Shown: in pieces, positions 11,201-23,987 of the stretch
How positions within the stretch are numbered: the stretch's first letter is position 1
Layout: each line of letters opens with the position of its first letter
Made by a program: the position numbers and the translations under genes
Notes under the pieces: generated by a model
Seen by the model: the letters and a program-made list of their open reading frames with translations, nothing else
What the model was told of the DNA's origin: nothing
The model's database searches: none
Source of the DNA: Lingula anatina
Taxonomy: Eukaryota; Animalia; Brachiopoda
DNA: 64,000 bases
Assembly: GCA_051362555.1 (NCBI GenBank)
Contig: CM120640.1
Span: 15,996,001 to 16,060,000 of the forward strand
Reading direction: 5' to 3'

Positions 11201-14200
11201 ATCGAAAACAGGTGGTAAGATATAAAGTTGCCCAGAAAATACTTTCAAATAAAATTATTTGTTAAGTATTATATCAACAAGAATTTTTTCTTTTGCAGTT
11301 TTGATTTTATTACGGAAGTTGAAACAACAGTCCAGAGAAGCGTTAGAGGAACGCAGACCAGCCTTAGTCAGTGCTTTACATGAACTGGGTGATTTTTATC
11401 TAGAACTGAAATGGGACTTTCAGAGCTGGGGTAAAGAATCAATTTTTGAAAGTCTGGTCCTTATAGCATCAAGTGACATGCATCAGAGATACAGTTGCAC
11501 TTCTGCTGTTAGTTAAATTAATTAATCAGCCATGGTGAGCATAGGGGGAAATGTTCAGGTGAAATTCTTAAATGAACTTATGTAATAGTCAGGCAGTGAA
11601 GGTTTCAGTCCCTCTCTATGAACCAATATAGTTTTATCACCATAGGGCATCACTCAGTGTGAAAAGGGCCTTAGATTTAAAGCTTATTATAAAGAGAATA
11701 AAATCAGGTCTCAAAACTTAACCAAATACTACAGGTAAATACATATTTGCACAATATGAGTTAAAGGTCTCACAAGTTTGAGTAATGTTATTGTGTCAGT
11801 TTAACAGTGGGTCACTAACTTTCTCTAGCTAATTGCCCCCAAATGGTCAATGAAAAATAGAATTTTTTTTAAACATTAAATTTATTTATCTTGCATTTCA
11901 GTTCCACTAGTATCTAGAATTCTTCCATCTGATGTGTGCAGAATATGGAAAAGGGGACCAAATATACGGTATGATTTTTTATTTCCTTGATGGCCCATTT
12001 TGTATGAGATTTTTGATTAATGGTTCAGTTGACCTTTGGAAAATGAGTCTAATATACTGAAATGAAGGATCAACAATGAATTTTCCCTATTAAACCTTAA
12101 GATTTCGTTTTTGCTTTGATTCATTAGTCAATAATTTTTCTAAGTGATGGAATGGTTTTTAGGTCCCTACCAGATTGTGCTGGGTTTACCTTGGGCTAAA
12201 AATGATTACTTTAAAAAATGACACTTTTGTGCTAGTTTCTGATTGATTTGTTCATTAAGGGTTAGCCTGGGCCTAGGGTAGTATGTTTGATGTACCTCAA
12301 ATTGTTGGACACAAATATTATATTTTGTGATAGAAAGTTGTAAATTGCCACCTCTAAATGAAAGGATTTCCCAGGAAATTGCGTATGCACCAAAAAAAAA
12401 AAAAAAAAGGCCCTGAGTTGCATAATTTTCAGATATAGTTCGTTTTGCAGATTATTGATTACTGAAAAGTGCATTAACAATAAGAATAACGATGCTGCTC
12501 AGTGAAATAAGATACCTCAAGAGGAAGTTGTTTTGATAATTGAGTAGAACTGGCATTTAGAAAGATTACTCAGTAATTCAATTGTGTTTTTGGTGGTTTC
12601 AGAATGGACACTACTCTAGTGGATTTCAATGACATGAAATGGGAGAGAGGGGACATAAGTTTTATTTTTACTGGTGAAGCAAAACCTGCCAATTCACTGA
12701 CTGTTCTAGACAACAAATTGCAAGTCTTTCAGAGTATACGATATGAGGTAACCTAGACAAATAGATGAAATATATTGAACGCCAAATTTGTAGTTTTCTG
12801 ATATTTTTTCATTTACTTAATTATTTGTTTTAGGTGATGATAATTTTTTGATAAGATGTGGTTTTCGATGAAAGATTGTTCACCTTTTGTGCATAACCAC
12901 ACACCTTATGTTCAAATCAGCAAAAATAAGTGTGTTAGAAATATGATGGTAATATTTCTTCTCAGTCCTTAACGATGTAATGTGAGATGCAGTCTCCATA
13001 ACAAAAACCTACTGTGCCATGAATGATTCATTCCAATTCTAATTACAGGAGTCAGACTTGGAATTGGAGGATGAGGTAGACATTTTGATGAGCAGCGACA
13101 TCATGGCCGCACAAATGTCCACAAAGAAAATCTCTTTCTCCAGAGCACAAAGAGGATGGTTCTTTCGAGAGGAAAGAAGCGTAAGGAAAACACACACATT
13201 CATATGTGTGTGAGCAAACACATTCACATTTGCACTTACACGTGCATTCACGTACGCACCTTTGAACCAGTATGTTGATGTGAATTGTTGATTAAAATGT
13301 TTTATGTCTTCAGCAACTTTCAACATATCATAATCCTAAATGTAAGTTCCCAGAATAGAATGAACTTTGAGATATCTTTACAGTAGATATTGTTTACCAT
13401 CTCATTTGAATATAAGGCACTGATTTCCTCAAAAAGAGTTGTACTGTCAATTTATAGAAATTTCTGGCAATTTTTGTGCAGTTAGTAGTTTAGTAGTAAA
13501 TATAGATTATGAAATATGAGTGCCTGATTATCCAGCAAATACACATTTCAGGAAATTGTGGGTTCATTCCAAGCTGATTTTTATACAGTCCACGGTTTGG
13601 CACTAGAATCCAGGAAGAGGTGAGATTAAAATATTTACTAAAGAAAATAGATCATCACAGCATGAATATGAATAAAAAAAGAAGAAAAAAACATGAATAT
13701 ACATTTGACTTAAGTTATTGATCTTGAAGTGTACTTCATTTAATGAACATTGGCATATTTCCCTTTGGGTGCTTCCATAAAGGATGTTGACTCTGTCAAG
13801 GCAAATGTTTGGATACTTCATTGCATTTTTCCCTACAATGATACTATGGCCATAAATATGTATACTCTAGTTATTTATTTATTTATTTTTAGGATTCCCC
13901 ATAGGGGAATACTATTGTTTTTGGTCTTATTATTATTATTATTATTATTAGGATTCCCCATAGGGGAATACTATTGTTTTTGGTAGTATTATAGTTATTA
14001 TTATTCTTTCCGCGCGTTTTTTTTCGCAAAAAATCTGAAATAAATATCATAGGTAGCCTATGGCAAGAATATGCCACAGAACCAGTTTCAGTGCCCTTGA
14101 CCTACTTTTCAAGGTCACAGGGGCTTTGAAAGGCAAAATTTGTAAAATTTGAAATTGCCATTATGCCTAAAGTATAAGCCCTATGGCTAATGGCCTCATG

Positions 14201-15483
14201 GCCAATGATACTGAGCAAAATCCCCAGATGTTGACCTACTTTTATGCAAGTAGGTCAAGGTCAAGGTCACTAATGGCCAAACGGGCTCAAAAAAGGTTTG
14301 TTTCCGAGATCTCAAAAACCGGAAGGCCCAGAGACCCAATCATAGTGGCAAATGATGCCCTATATATTTATCTAAGGTTAGCCGTACTTTGGTAGCGACT
14401 GCTTAATTACTTTTTTTAATATAGATTTTTAAATATTTATGACATTGCAGAAATCTTGAGTTTGGCATTTTCTCCATGAAACACTGGTTTTTGGTCATAG
14501 CATGCTATAGTAAACTACCCCAAACATATACCCAAAACCCCCAATCAAATGTCAAATTTGACCTTGACCCTCATTTTCAAGGTCATTCGGCTATTTCATG
14601 GAGAAATATTGAAGTGGGCTAAAAGTGATGTTTTGTTGACCCCCCCCCCCCCCCCCCAATTCGCACATGCTCTTTCAGAATATGGGGTCAAATTTAACCC
14701 ATGACCTTCACATGACCTTGTAAGAGCATTTTCACACCTATTTTGCAGGGGAATCCTCCGCCACTGGCTTTAGCCAGTTGCAGTCTAGTTAGGATTCCCC
14801 GTAGGGGAATACTATTGTTTTTGGTAGTATTATAGTTATTATTATTATTCTTTCCGCGCATTTTTTTTCGTGAAAAATCTGAAATAATTTACATAGGTAG
14901 CCTATGGTAAGAATATGCCATAGACCCAGTTTCAGTGACCTTGACCTACTTTTCAAGGTCACAGAGGCTTTAAAAGGCAAAATTTGTAAAATTTGAAATT
15001 GACATTAGGCCTTAAGTATAAGCCATATGGCTATGGGCCTTATGGTCAGTGATACTGAGGTGAATCCACATATAATGACCTACTTTTATGCAAGTAGGTC
15101 AAGGTCAAGGTCGCTAATGGCCAAACGGGCTCAAAAAAGGTTTGTTTCCGAGATCTCAGAAACCGGAAGTCTCAGAGCCCCGATCATAGTGGTAAATGAT
15201 GCCCTATATATTTATCTAAGGTTAGCCGTACTTTGGTAGCGATTGCCTAATTACTTTTTTTAAAATCGATTTTTAAATATTTATGACATCACAGAAATCG
15301 TGACTTTGGCAATTTCTCCATGAAAGACTGGTTTTTGGTCATAGCATGCTATAGTAAACTACCCCAAACATATACCCAAAACCCCCAAATCAAATGTCAA
15401 ATTTGACCTTGACCCTCATTTTCAAGGTCATTTGGCTATTTCATGGAGAAATATTGAAGTGGGCTAAAAGTGATGTTTTGTTG

Positions 15484-15514
<31 letters not shown>

Positions 15515-18500
15515 TCGCACATGCTCTTTCAGAATATGGGGTTAAATTTAACCCATGACCTTCACATGACCTTGTAAGAGCATTTCCACACCTATTTTGC
15601 AGGGGAATCCTCCGCCACTGGCTTCAGCCAGTTGCAGTCTAGTTAGGATTCCCCATAGGGGAATACTATTGTTTTTGGTATTATTATTATTATTATTATT
15701 CTTTCCGCGCGTTTTTTTTCGCAAAAAATCTGAAATAATTTACATAGGTAGCCTATGGCCAGAATATGCCACAGACCCAGTTTCAGTGACCTTGACCTAC
15801 TTTTCAAGGTCACAGGGGCTTTTAAAGGCAAAATTTGTAAAATTTGAAATTGACATTAGGCCTTAAGTATGAGCCATATGGCTAAGGGCCTTATAGGCAA
15901 TGATACTGAGCCAAATCCACAGATAATCACCTACTTTCATTGCAAGTAGGTCAAGGTCAAGGTCGCTAATGGCCAAACGGGCTTAAAAAAGGTTTGTTTC
16001 CGAGATCTCAGAAACCGGATATCCCAGAGCCCCGATCATAGTGGCAAATGGTGCCCTATATATTTATCTAAGGTTAGCCGTACTTTGGTAGCGACTGCTT
16101 TATTACTTTTTTTTAATATAGATTTTTATATATTTATGACATTGCAGAAATCTTGAGTTTGGCAGTTTCTCCATGAAACACTGGTTTTTGGTCATAGCAT
16201 GCTATAGTAAACTACCCCAAACATATACCCAAAACCCCCAAATCAAATGTCAAATTTGACCTTGACCCTCATTTTCAAGGTCATTCGGCTATTTAATGGA
16301 GAAATATTGAAGTGGGCTAAAAGTGATGTTTTGTTGACTCCCCCCCCCCCCCAATTTGCACATGCTCTTTCAGAATATGGGGTCAAATTTAACCCATGAC
16401 CTTCACATGACCTTGTAAGAGCATTTTTACACCTATTTTGCAGGGGAATCCTCCGCCACTGGCTTTAGCCAGTTGCAGTCTAGTTACCGTATTTTTATTT
16501 TTTTATTTTTTTATTTTTTTTTTTTTTTGTGTGTGTATTATTGTACCACCAGCGTAGGTGCTGGCGGTACACATGGTTTCACTCTGATCCATCTTGTTTG
16601 TTTACATATTTAATAGTCTGGATGACTGGTGCTATATTTTGGCCAAATTGCTCAAAATGTGGAAAAAGCATGAAACTTGGCACAAATGTTCTTTGGTCTA
16701 TGCTGATCATTTTCAAGGGCAGTGCCCAAAATTTCAAAGCGTTGCTTAGCAACCATTGCTATGGAAGTGGATTTCCTTAGTAACAAGCTAATTAGACCTT
16801 TCTTGTCCAGTTTAAATGGTTTAGAAATGCTAATAACTATGTTTCAGGCATCAGAACTATCACTAGACTATTTTAAGGCAATTAAAACTCAAATTAACCT
16901 TAGCCACGATTGCTACGCAGCATATTACCCTAGCAACAAGCATTTAAAGTTGCGTTAGTCTATTAAGTAAGGCAAATCTATAATACTAGCTAAGAACTAC
17001 ACTTTTGAGCAAGATGTTCATACTTTTAATCCAGTAAGTTGAAACATTTGTGTGTTTACACACATCCGATCAAATACATTGCCAGTGCAGATACTTAAAG
17101 CAGCATGTTCAAAGTTCGTAACCAGCCATTTCCATGCTTTTATCACCTTACGACTCTTTATAAAACTTTGTAATAGTTAAGATGTTAAATTCTCCCTTGT
17201 ATGTGCAATATACAGTGCATTTTGCCCTTGCACATTGTCAGCCTCTACATCTGCACCTACATGCATACTGGAGCAACTCTGGGCAGGTCAATAGCTTCTG
17301 GCAAATGTGTCCACAAGGGTCCACGCACAAGTCCAACCAGAGTGAGCACATGTTATCTGATGACACGGCACCGTAGTGCTGATTCAGATATCTTCATCTC
17401 GCAAGAATACTCTTATATTGTTGTAGAGCAGCCTTGGTGGAAGTAAGATATGGCATCTAACGGTCTTTGGGTGTGAACAGAAACTTTTGAACTTCATTGA
17501 TTAACAAAAAGAATTAAAATAGAACCATGCAGGTGTATTTAAGTTACTTGGTAGAGAATAGAAACTGACAAGATACAATCTGAAAAAACTTTTTAGAAAA
17601 TATTGAACAAAATGAAAAATATCTTGGAAAGCTGGTCTCTGAGAAACCTTTCAATAATAGGAAAGTCAACAGTGGTTCAACCTTTAGTATTTCTCATCTT
17701 ACATAGTGCATGTATAAACTCTCCTACCAGCCCTCCCTCAATACTTAAAAATATGCATATCATATTTAACTTTATCAGGAATGGAAAAGATACAAAATAA
17801 AATGAGCAAGGATGGCGTCTGATTACAAAAATGGACGGTAAAAGGTACCGCAAATGAAAATTTTACCAAGGCCCTAAACTTTACATGGCTTAAAAGACTT
17901 CTTTATGAAGAAAATAAGAGTAAGTGGAGAGCGTTTTTCTCGGCGAAATGCCAGGAATCGGTAGTAACAAAAGGTGGATTAAAAATACTAAAAGCAACTT
18001 CTTATCCCTTTTGGCAAAGATTATTGGTTCTTTGAGTGAAATTCAGGAAGATTTCAATTTAACCCCAGATGAAATCCTATCACAACCATTATGTCAAAAC
18101 TCAAAAATTGAAAGAAATTGAAAAACTATTTTCCATAAAAGATGGTGTAAAAATGTTTATTTTTTTACATCAGTGATATTATAAATGACATTTGAAATCC
18201 CCTCTGTCTAGAGGAAATCAACAAAAAATCAACCTTAATACTAACTTTCTGGGCTCATTCAGCATCCTAAAGAGCTTACCATCTGAGTGGCTATCTCTTC
18301 CCATGGAAGGAAATTACTCATAGCATTCCAAGAAATAATTGACTCAATTAAACAAGTTACCAAACCATCCAGATATTTTTTTTTTGCATAAAATCTTCCA
18401 AGCCATATAATATCACCAGATAAAGATGTAGGTGAATGGCAGACATATTTAAAAAAACCTTGAGTACTGATAATTGGGAACTAACATTTAAGAAACGGAT

Positions 18501-20529
18501 CACAACATGTAAGTATATGTAGAATGGGAACAGAAAGATGGGAAGGGACTGGAGGGTATGTAAAATGCTACAGAGATATCTGTATATATATATTATTAAA
18601 TATATATTATTATATATATAATGTTATATACTTGTTGCTAGGGTAATATGCTGCCTAGCAACTGTTGCAATGGTTTACTTGGTTTTTTAATGTCTTCAAA
18701 TAGTATAGTGATAGTTCTGATGGTTTGAAACATTATTAAAAGCCTTTTTAAATCATTTAAACTGAACAAGAAAGGTCCAATTAGCTTGTTACTAAGGTAA
18801 ATCACTTCCTTAGCAACGGTTGCTAAGCAACGCTTAGAAATTTTGGGCACTGCCCTTGAAAATGATCAGCATAGTCCAAAGAACATTTGTGCCAAGTTTC
18901 ATGCTTTTTCCACATTCTGAGCAATTTTTGCACCAGTCATCTAGACTATAATATTGTGGGTCAGTTCACTGTATTACTTTCTTTTTGAGATATGAAGATA
19001 TGGAAAAAGTTTTTTTTCTTTGGGGGAGGGGGGGTATGCTAAGGGGAGGGGGGTGCGAAAAAGAGAGAGAGATGGTGGGTAATAGTTCTTAAATTTTCTC
19101 TTGCCTTAGGGGATTCAATTTTATCAAAATCTTTTCAAACAGGCGAGAACATTTGTCACCAGAAGATCTCCAGAAAAATAAGCAGATAATGGAAAACCTA
19201 AGTAAAGGCAACATAATTGACAATTACGAACACATTCAGCGTAGGCCATCCCTACGACCACCTCCAGAAACTTCGGTGACATGGGAAGAATATTTAAATG
19301 CTGAACCTGGGCGACCACCAACACTTGGCCGGAGGATGCTCTGCAAAGAAAATGCCAAGACATTTAAAGCAACATTAGCTATGGTGAGAACTTATTTTCA
19401 TTATAAATTATTATATAATAATTATATTATATTATATTATATTATATTATATTATATTATATTATATTATATTATATTATATTATTTTATTTTATTTTAT
19501 TTTATTTTTTTATTTATTAATATTTTATAGTTTGTGTGCTTTGTTTGGTTATTATAGGTAGTTTGAAAGTATATGTTTAATTTTTAAGGCATTGATATCA
19601 ATGACTAAGTCTGGTGCAAGAATTTATTCATTTATGCCTTTTGTAATGAATAGTAGAGTGCTCTCTCATATTATGTTAATTGTATTGCTTCTTCAGAGTG
19701 AAGAGTTTCCAATGACGATAGAAGCGTAAGTTTTCTCTTTGAAATACATATTTTTGGAATCAATGCTGTTTGAAGTTTATTTTATATATTGATTGCTTTA
19801 TAAATGTCTTATAGAGATGTCTAATTGGATTTCTGTGTTGCACTTAATTATTTGAAATTCTATGTTTTACTCTAAATCCTATGTCTGCAAATGTTTATCA
19901 ATGTTGACTAGATGATGAAATTTTGGGTAATAAGTTTTCAAATTAAATGAAAATCAAAAATTAAAATATGAGCAACATGCCTATGAATCACTATTTCTCC
20001 TTTTTGTTTAAGGTTGCTTGATGTTCTGGAAATTATTGCTCCATTCAAACACTTCAGCAAGTTACGGGAATTTATGATCACAAAACTTCCACCTGGGTTT
20101 CCTGTTAAAATAGGTAGGTTTAAACAATTCAGAGTTAACTCAAACCAATATTCATTATTTATGGTCAATGAGAATTATTTTTTAAGTCAAAGATTGATCT
20201 TTGCAAACTGATGTAAAAGTTGGTTATTTTGATATACATAACATTTTCATAATTTAAGTTTGTATTCAGTAGTAATGCTGTAAGAAGTCTTTAGAGGTAT
20301 ATTTTAGTATGATATTATAAGGGCTATTCATTTCTAATACTGAATGAAAGAGAAGCCATATGTTTTATAAGCATTTCATATCATGTTCCTTTCAGAAATC
20401 CCAGTTTTTCCCACTGTGACAGCTCGGGTGACTTTCCAGGAGTTTGACTGGATGCATGACATAGGGGATGAGAAGTTCATGATTCCCAAGGACTATACTG
20501 AGGATCCCAACAGGTTCCCTGACTTGTGA
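5204..20529 (+). CDS. ANKRD13C: Ankyrin repeat domain-containing protein 13C, complete, 12 exons, about 435 aa
   Basis: Exons 5204-5315, 8544-8585, 10528-10632, 11299-11430, 11902-11968, 12603-12747, 13049-13180, 13552-13619, 19143-19383, 19697-19725, 20013-20113 and 20396-20529. All introns are GT-AG and in phase (1308 nt). Motifs [40 protein letters not shown] and KLPPGFPVK; C-terminus EDPNRFPDL* without UIMs, as in the 13C paralogue. Confidence 0.95.
6081..6408. mobile_element. Foldback/MITE-like inverted repeat in ANKRD13C intron 1
   Basis: 6081-6140 and 6349-6408 are reverse complements over 60 bp with one mismatch, and pairing continues inward (gcacaatcaaaccgtaaa/tttacggtttgattgtgc). 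The left arm may extend to a TTAA-AG start at about 5936, with the right arm truncated. Confidence 0.75.
7403..7735. mobile_element. Non-autonomous Kolobok-type MITE (333 bp)
   Basis: TTAA on both sides (7399-7402, 7736-7739). 24-bp TIR AGGGATAATAACTCTTCGT(A/T)TCAG with one mismatch. Purine-purine termini fit Kolobok rather than piggyBac. Confidence 0.8.
13891..16483 (+). mobile_element. Tandem array of Helentron-associated non-autonomous elements (HINE/DINE-1-like): one 5' stub plus three full units
   Basis: Stub 13891-13949; units 13950-14788, 14791-15642 and 15645-16483. Each unit has a 5' subTIR AGGATTCCCC with adjacent inverted partner GGGGAATACT, a (TTA)n microsatellite, a core, a 3' subTIR GGGGAATCCT, a stem-loop ACTGGCT-nn-AGCCAGT and a CTAG end followed by TT. 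Confidence 0.85.
16541..16605 (+). mobile_element. Probable 5' end of a second, unrelated HINE-like element, interrupted by the Academ-like insertion
   Basis: TT-gtaccaccagc-gtaggt-gctggcggtac hairpin followed by tggtttcactctg and a decayed microsatellite, the usual layout of a HINE 5' end. Confidence 0.4.
17185..17502 (-). pseudogene. Decayed C-terminus of an Academ-type transposase (Cys-rich CXC-like tail)
   Basis: Frameshifted minus-strand peptides [32 protein letters not shown] and [32 protein letters not shown] follow the order IPPT..AL..H / WT.LPEA / multi-Cys finger known from these transposases. Confidence 0.65.
17505..18510 (+). mobile_element. Degenerate L1/Tx1-clade non-LTR retrotransposon ORF2 fragment (end of RT and downstream region)
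   Basis: Broken peptides [51 protein letters not shown] and [13 protein letters not shown] resemble the L1/Tx1 W..R.LS.IGK, F.W.GK and PLW.N motifs. Many stops and frameshifts. Confidence 0.7.
19419..19505. repeat. (ATTAT)n then (ATTTT)n pentanucleotide microsatellite
   Basis: Directly visible; explains the YYIIL tail of the ORF-track entry. Confidence 0.9.
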
Positions 20530-22205
20530 CATTACCTTGAGATCAACTTCATTCACATTCTTTGTTCATGGAGAGATGTAGCAGCAGGGAACAAAGAGGC
20601 GGGTGAGGAGGAGGAGGAGGAGGAGGAACAGGCAGGAATTGATCTTCCAATGACTAATTTGGGAAATGAGAGCACAGAGATGACCCTTGTGTTTTGATTG
20701 AACACAATAATACGTTGGAAGAATTGTGATAACATATCAAACCAAAGTCTTAGCATAACGGTAACTTGGGTATCATCTTTGACACGAGGGTGTCCAGCTG
20801 CATTCCATCTCCCTGGCACTTGTTCCAGATTTTGTGGTGTGAAGCACAGACGCCAAAGATGATACTGCTCATTGTGTTGATGGGATGCCCAAGTTTGCTA
20901 GACCTCTGTTATGAATATTCTCACAATTGTGAATTTACTTATTAGGCAATAGAAAATGGAGAATATTTTATTAATTTTGCCAACTTCCTAAGTACTGTGT
21001 TAATTATAACCAGCCTCATAATCTTTTGTTTTGTTTTAAAATGTGCTTACGGTCCGTATTTAAAAATTAGCAGCGTCTGAGCTGTTACTACCTTTTAAGG
21101 ATGCCTCTTAGCAAATTATACATTTTTTTTTCATATTTTTAGAGTTAAGACTGTTGGTGTCTTTGTTTGCTTGTTTAGGCAATAAGTTAAATAACATAAA
21201 ATATTTTACTTAAGAGTATGGAACTATAAACATACATTAGGGGTTAGTTGTAGGGATTACAAATGTCCTATAAGTTGGTTTTGGGGCTCTTTGGGCTTCT
21301 TTTCTGTATCCTAAACTTAATTGTGTTCTGTTTTGTACAAATGCATTTATTTATTATATATATATATATACATAAACAAGGCCATTTTATCATCACAGGT
21401 CCAGTTTTATGCATGTAGCAGCTGATGTGTAATTTGGGAATTTTATGCATTATTATTATGAGCAAATAAGACAGTACCAAGCTCATTACTACCTCAGATA
21501 TCTCAGAGTGTGAATGAAGTTGATCCTTGGGGAGGGCCACAAGTATTTTCTGGTAGTGTTTTGAAAGTGACATGAACCTGAACATTCATCTCTCACTAAC
21601 ACTGATTCTGTGTGTACAAGAATGAATGGATAGTGAAAATCATGTTTTGTATGTGTTTAATATGATACATCATCATGTCATGTAGAGAAAATACATTTTT
21701 ATTGGGACGATAATTCAGAACCAGAAAAAAATCTGGTGTCACTTTCTGTTGTAATGTTTTGCAAGCTACTTTGAATTCTTTGTCAACAAATACAGGGTTT
21801 GTAAAAATTGGTGTTACTCCCAGAGTGTATACAGAGTAAGGGGACAGCATTTGTTCTAATATCATTGTTATAATTCAGGATTGAAAAAAAAGTGCCAGAA
21901 TTTACACATTTATTACATTTTTGGAATAAGCTATCCATTGAATATATCTTGAGGATTTCGAACAAAAAATTCAAGTTGGACAGTCTATTCTATAAACTTG
22001 TTCTGTGTCTTCTAATTTGAGGAAAGCCTTTTAAGGAAAACTTATTTGCAAAGTATATACATATATATATACATGCAATACACATATGCAGACACTTCTC
22101 TTCAAAAATCTCTTGAGTATGCACGCTCACTTTAATATACTACAGTCTTTCAGGATGTGTGAAAATGTTATGGTATTTCAGTCATGGTTGGATGTTATCT
22201 ACTAT

Positions 22206-22240
<35 letters not shown>

Positions 22241-23987
22241 TAACCAGTAATATTTCATTGACTGATTTTTTCATATGTAAATACTTTTATAACATATAGG
22301 CATAGTAGATTTTAGCCATAGCAGGCACAGGTGGGGATAGATATAAAAAAATAAAAACAAACCCTAAAATTGCTTGTATAGTGTGTATAGTAATTTAATG
22401 GACCACACTTGATGCCTTTGTGGTTTTGGCTATGTATTTTGTGTTTAGTTATGAGTCTTAAAAGGATTTAGTTTACTGTTAATGTAAAGGGTGATCTTAT
22501 AATACTGAATGCAATTTGTATGTGTGAGTCGCCATTTTAGCTAGGGCCTCTCTAAATGTTCTGTAATTATCATGTTATGTTTTGTGGCTTGAGAATTGCA
22601 GATAGAATAGTGTGATTGAGTCGAATGTTTATTGTGATTTGTCAGTAATACAGTGGACTGTTTGCTTGCCTAAGATGTTCAACTTGGTACTTAGCTTAAA
22701 TGTCAATGAATTCTGGCCAATATATACTTGTTGACAGATGTTTCTTGGTTTTTTTTTATTATTATTTCAGCCGCTCATTTGTGTGTGAAAAATAATGAAA
22801 ATTGTCTGAACATGTTTAGGAAAAGTTGTTTATGTGTGTGCATGAGAGAGAGAGAGAAAGGGGGGTTCAATCACCTGTGCGTTTGCCTCCGATCAAATAA
22901 TATTAAAACAAAAAATTATGTTGACTTCCACTTGTTAAGGACACTTGCTTAATATTTGTTTCCAACAAGGTAATTATAGATAAAGTATTTAAGTTGAAAA
23001 TCATATCTTTATGATAAATATTAGAAATATGCCTTTGATTATCAAATTGTTATGTTATGTTATTCCTAACAAGCCACTTGTGTAATGTGATGCATCTTTG
23101 ATTAATCAACCACAGGGTGTTCTTTTTGTTTTGTGACTTTGTATCATTGTTTACAGAAACCAACAGGAACTGATGCTTAAAACAACCAACAAGAACTAGT
23201 CTCATGAATCAGTTTTTAAAAAATATTGTTATTCAACTATACTCAATTATTAATTCTATAGTGAATATGCAACTTTTTAAAAGTCCAGTTTTTAGCATAT
23301 GAGGCACAGATTATGTAATATTACTGGTATATTGATATACTTGACAGAATTTTTAGCTGATTAATTATGTTTTAAGCTTTCATATTATGTTTATTTGATT
23401 ATAGCGTTTCATCTAAGTGACTTAAATGCTTTGGGTTTTTTTATTGTAGATAAGTAGCTATGTGATATGGTTACATAACACTGCGTGTAGCCTTGTTTGT
23501 ATGTTAATGTTTAATAGGAACACAATGAAAAATTCTGATATACACATTAAGCCTATTGGGATCATGTAAATATACATTATGTATCAAGAACATTCAGTGC
23601 CACATAGTTTGTTATGAAATATATATTTCAAAGTTTGAATGTGTTTTTACTGTTTTTGTAATTTGCTTGAATAATAAGTGAGATGTACATGCCCCAAAAA
23701 AGTGTAATAGGAAAATTGATTTAAATCTAACAAAGGTTGCAAATATACATTTTACTGATTAAAAAAATAACTATACACACAATTAAATGTCAAACACGCA
23801 ATACATGATAACAAATTCTAAGCATAAGGCCTTTAAATTAACAAATCAATCACTTTAATCCCTAGCTTAAATTGAGTTCCCATCTCTGTTTGTGGTATTT
23901 ATGGACATGAAACGTGGCGTTTGGTTTCTCTTGTCTTCAACATTGTATCGGCGTTTAGTTTTCCTCCTTTTTGAGCTTGTAAACAAC

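Larger units (their letters stand above)
16614..18948. mobile_element. Internally deleted Academ-like DNA transposon with about 325-bp TIRs and a 3-bp TSD
   Basis: TAA|TAGTCTGGATGACTGGTGC ... GCACCAGTCATCTAGACTA|TAA. Arms 16614-16940 and 18631-18948 are diverged reverse complements. TAG termini, a 3-bp TSD and long TIRs match Academ. Confidence 0.8.

Noticed and set aside
13889-15866. Repeated 60-90 aa ORFs (e.g. [27 protein letters not shown]) suggesting a tandem gene family
   Set aside because: They are incidental translations of the non-coding HINE units and are not preserved intact in all three copies.
13891-16483. CRISPR-like array
   Set aside because: Eukaryotic context; whole 840-bp units repeat, with no unique spacers and no cas genes.
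20527-20901. Selenoprotein-type UGA recoding of ANKRD13C
   Set aside because: The first TGA aligns with the normal family C-terminus (RFPDL) and I could not identify a SECIS by eye; kept only as a readthrough candidate.
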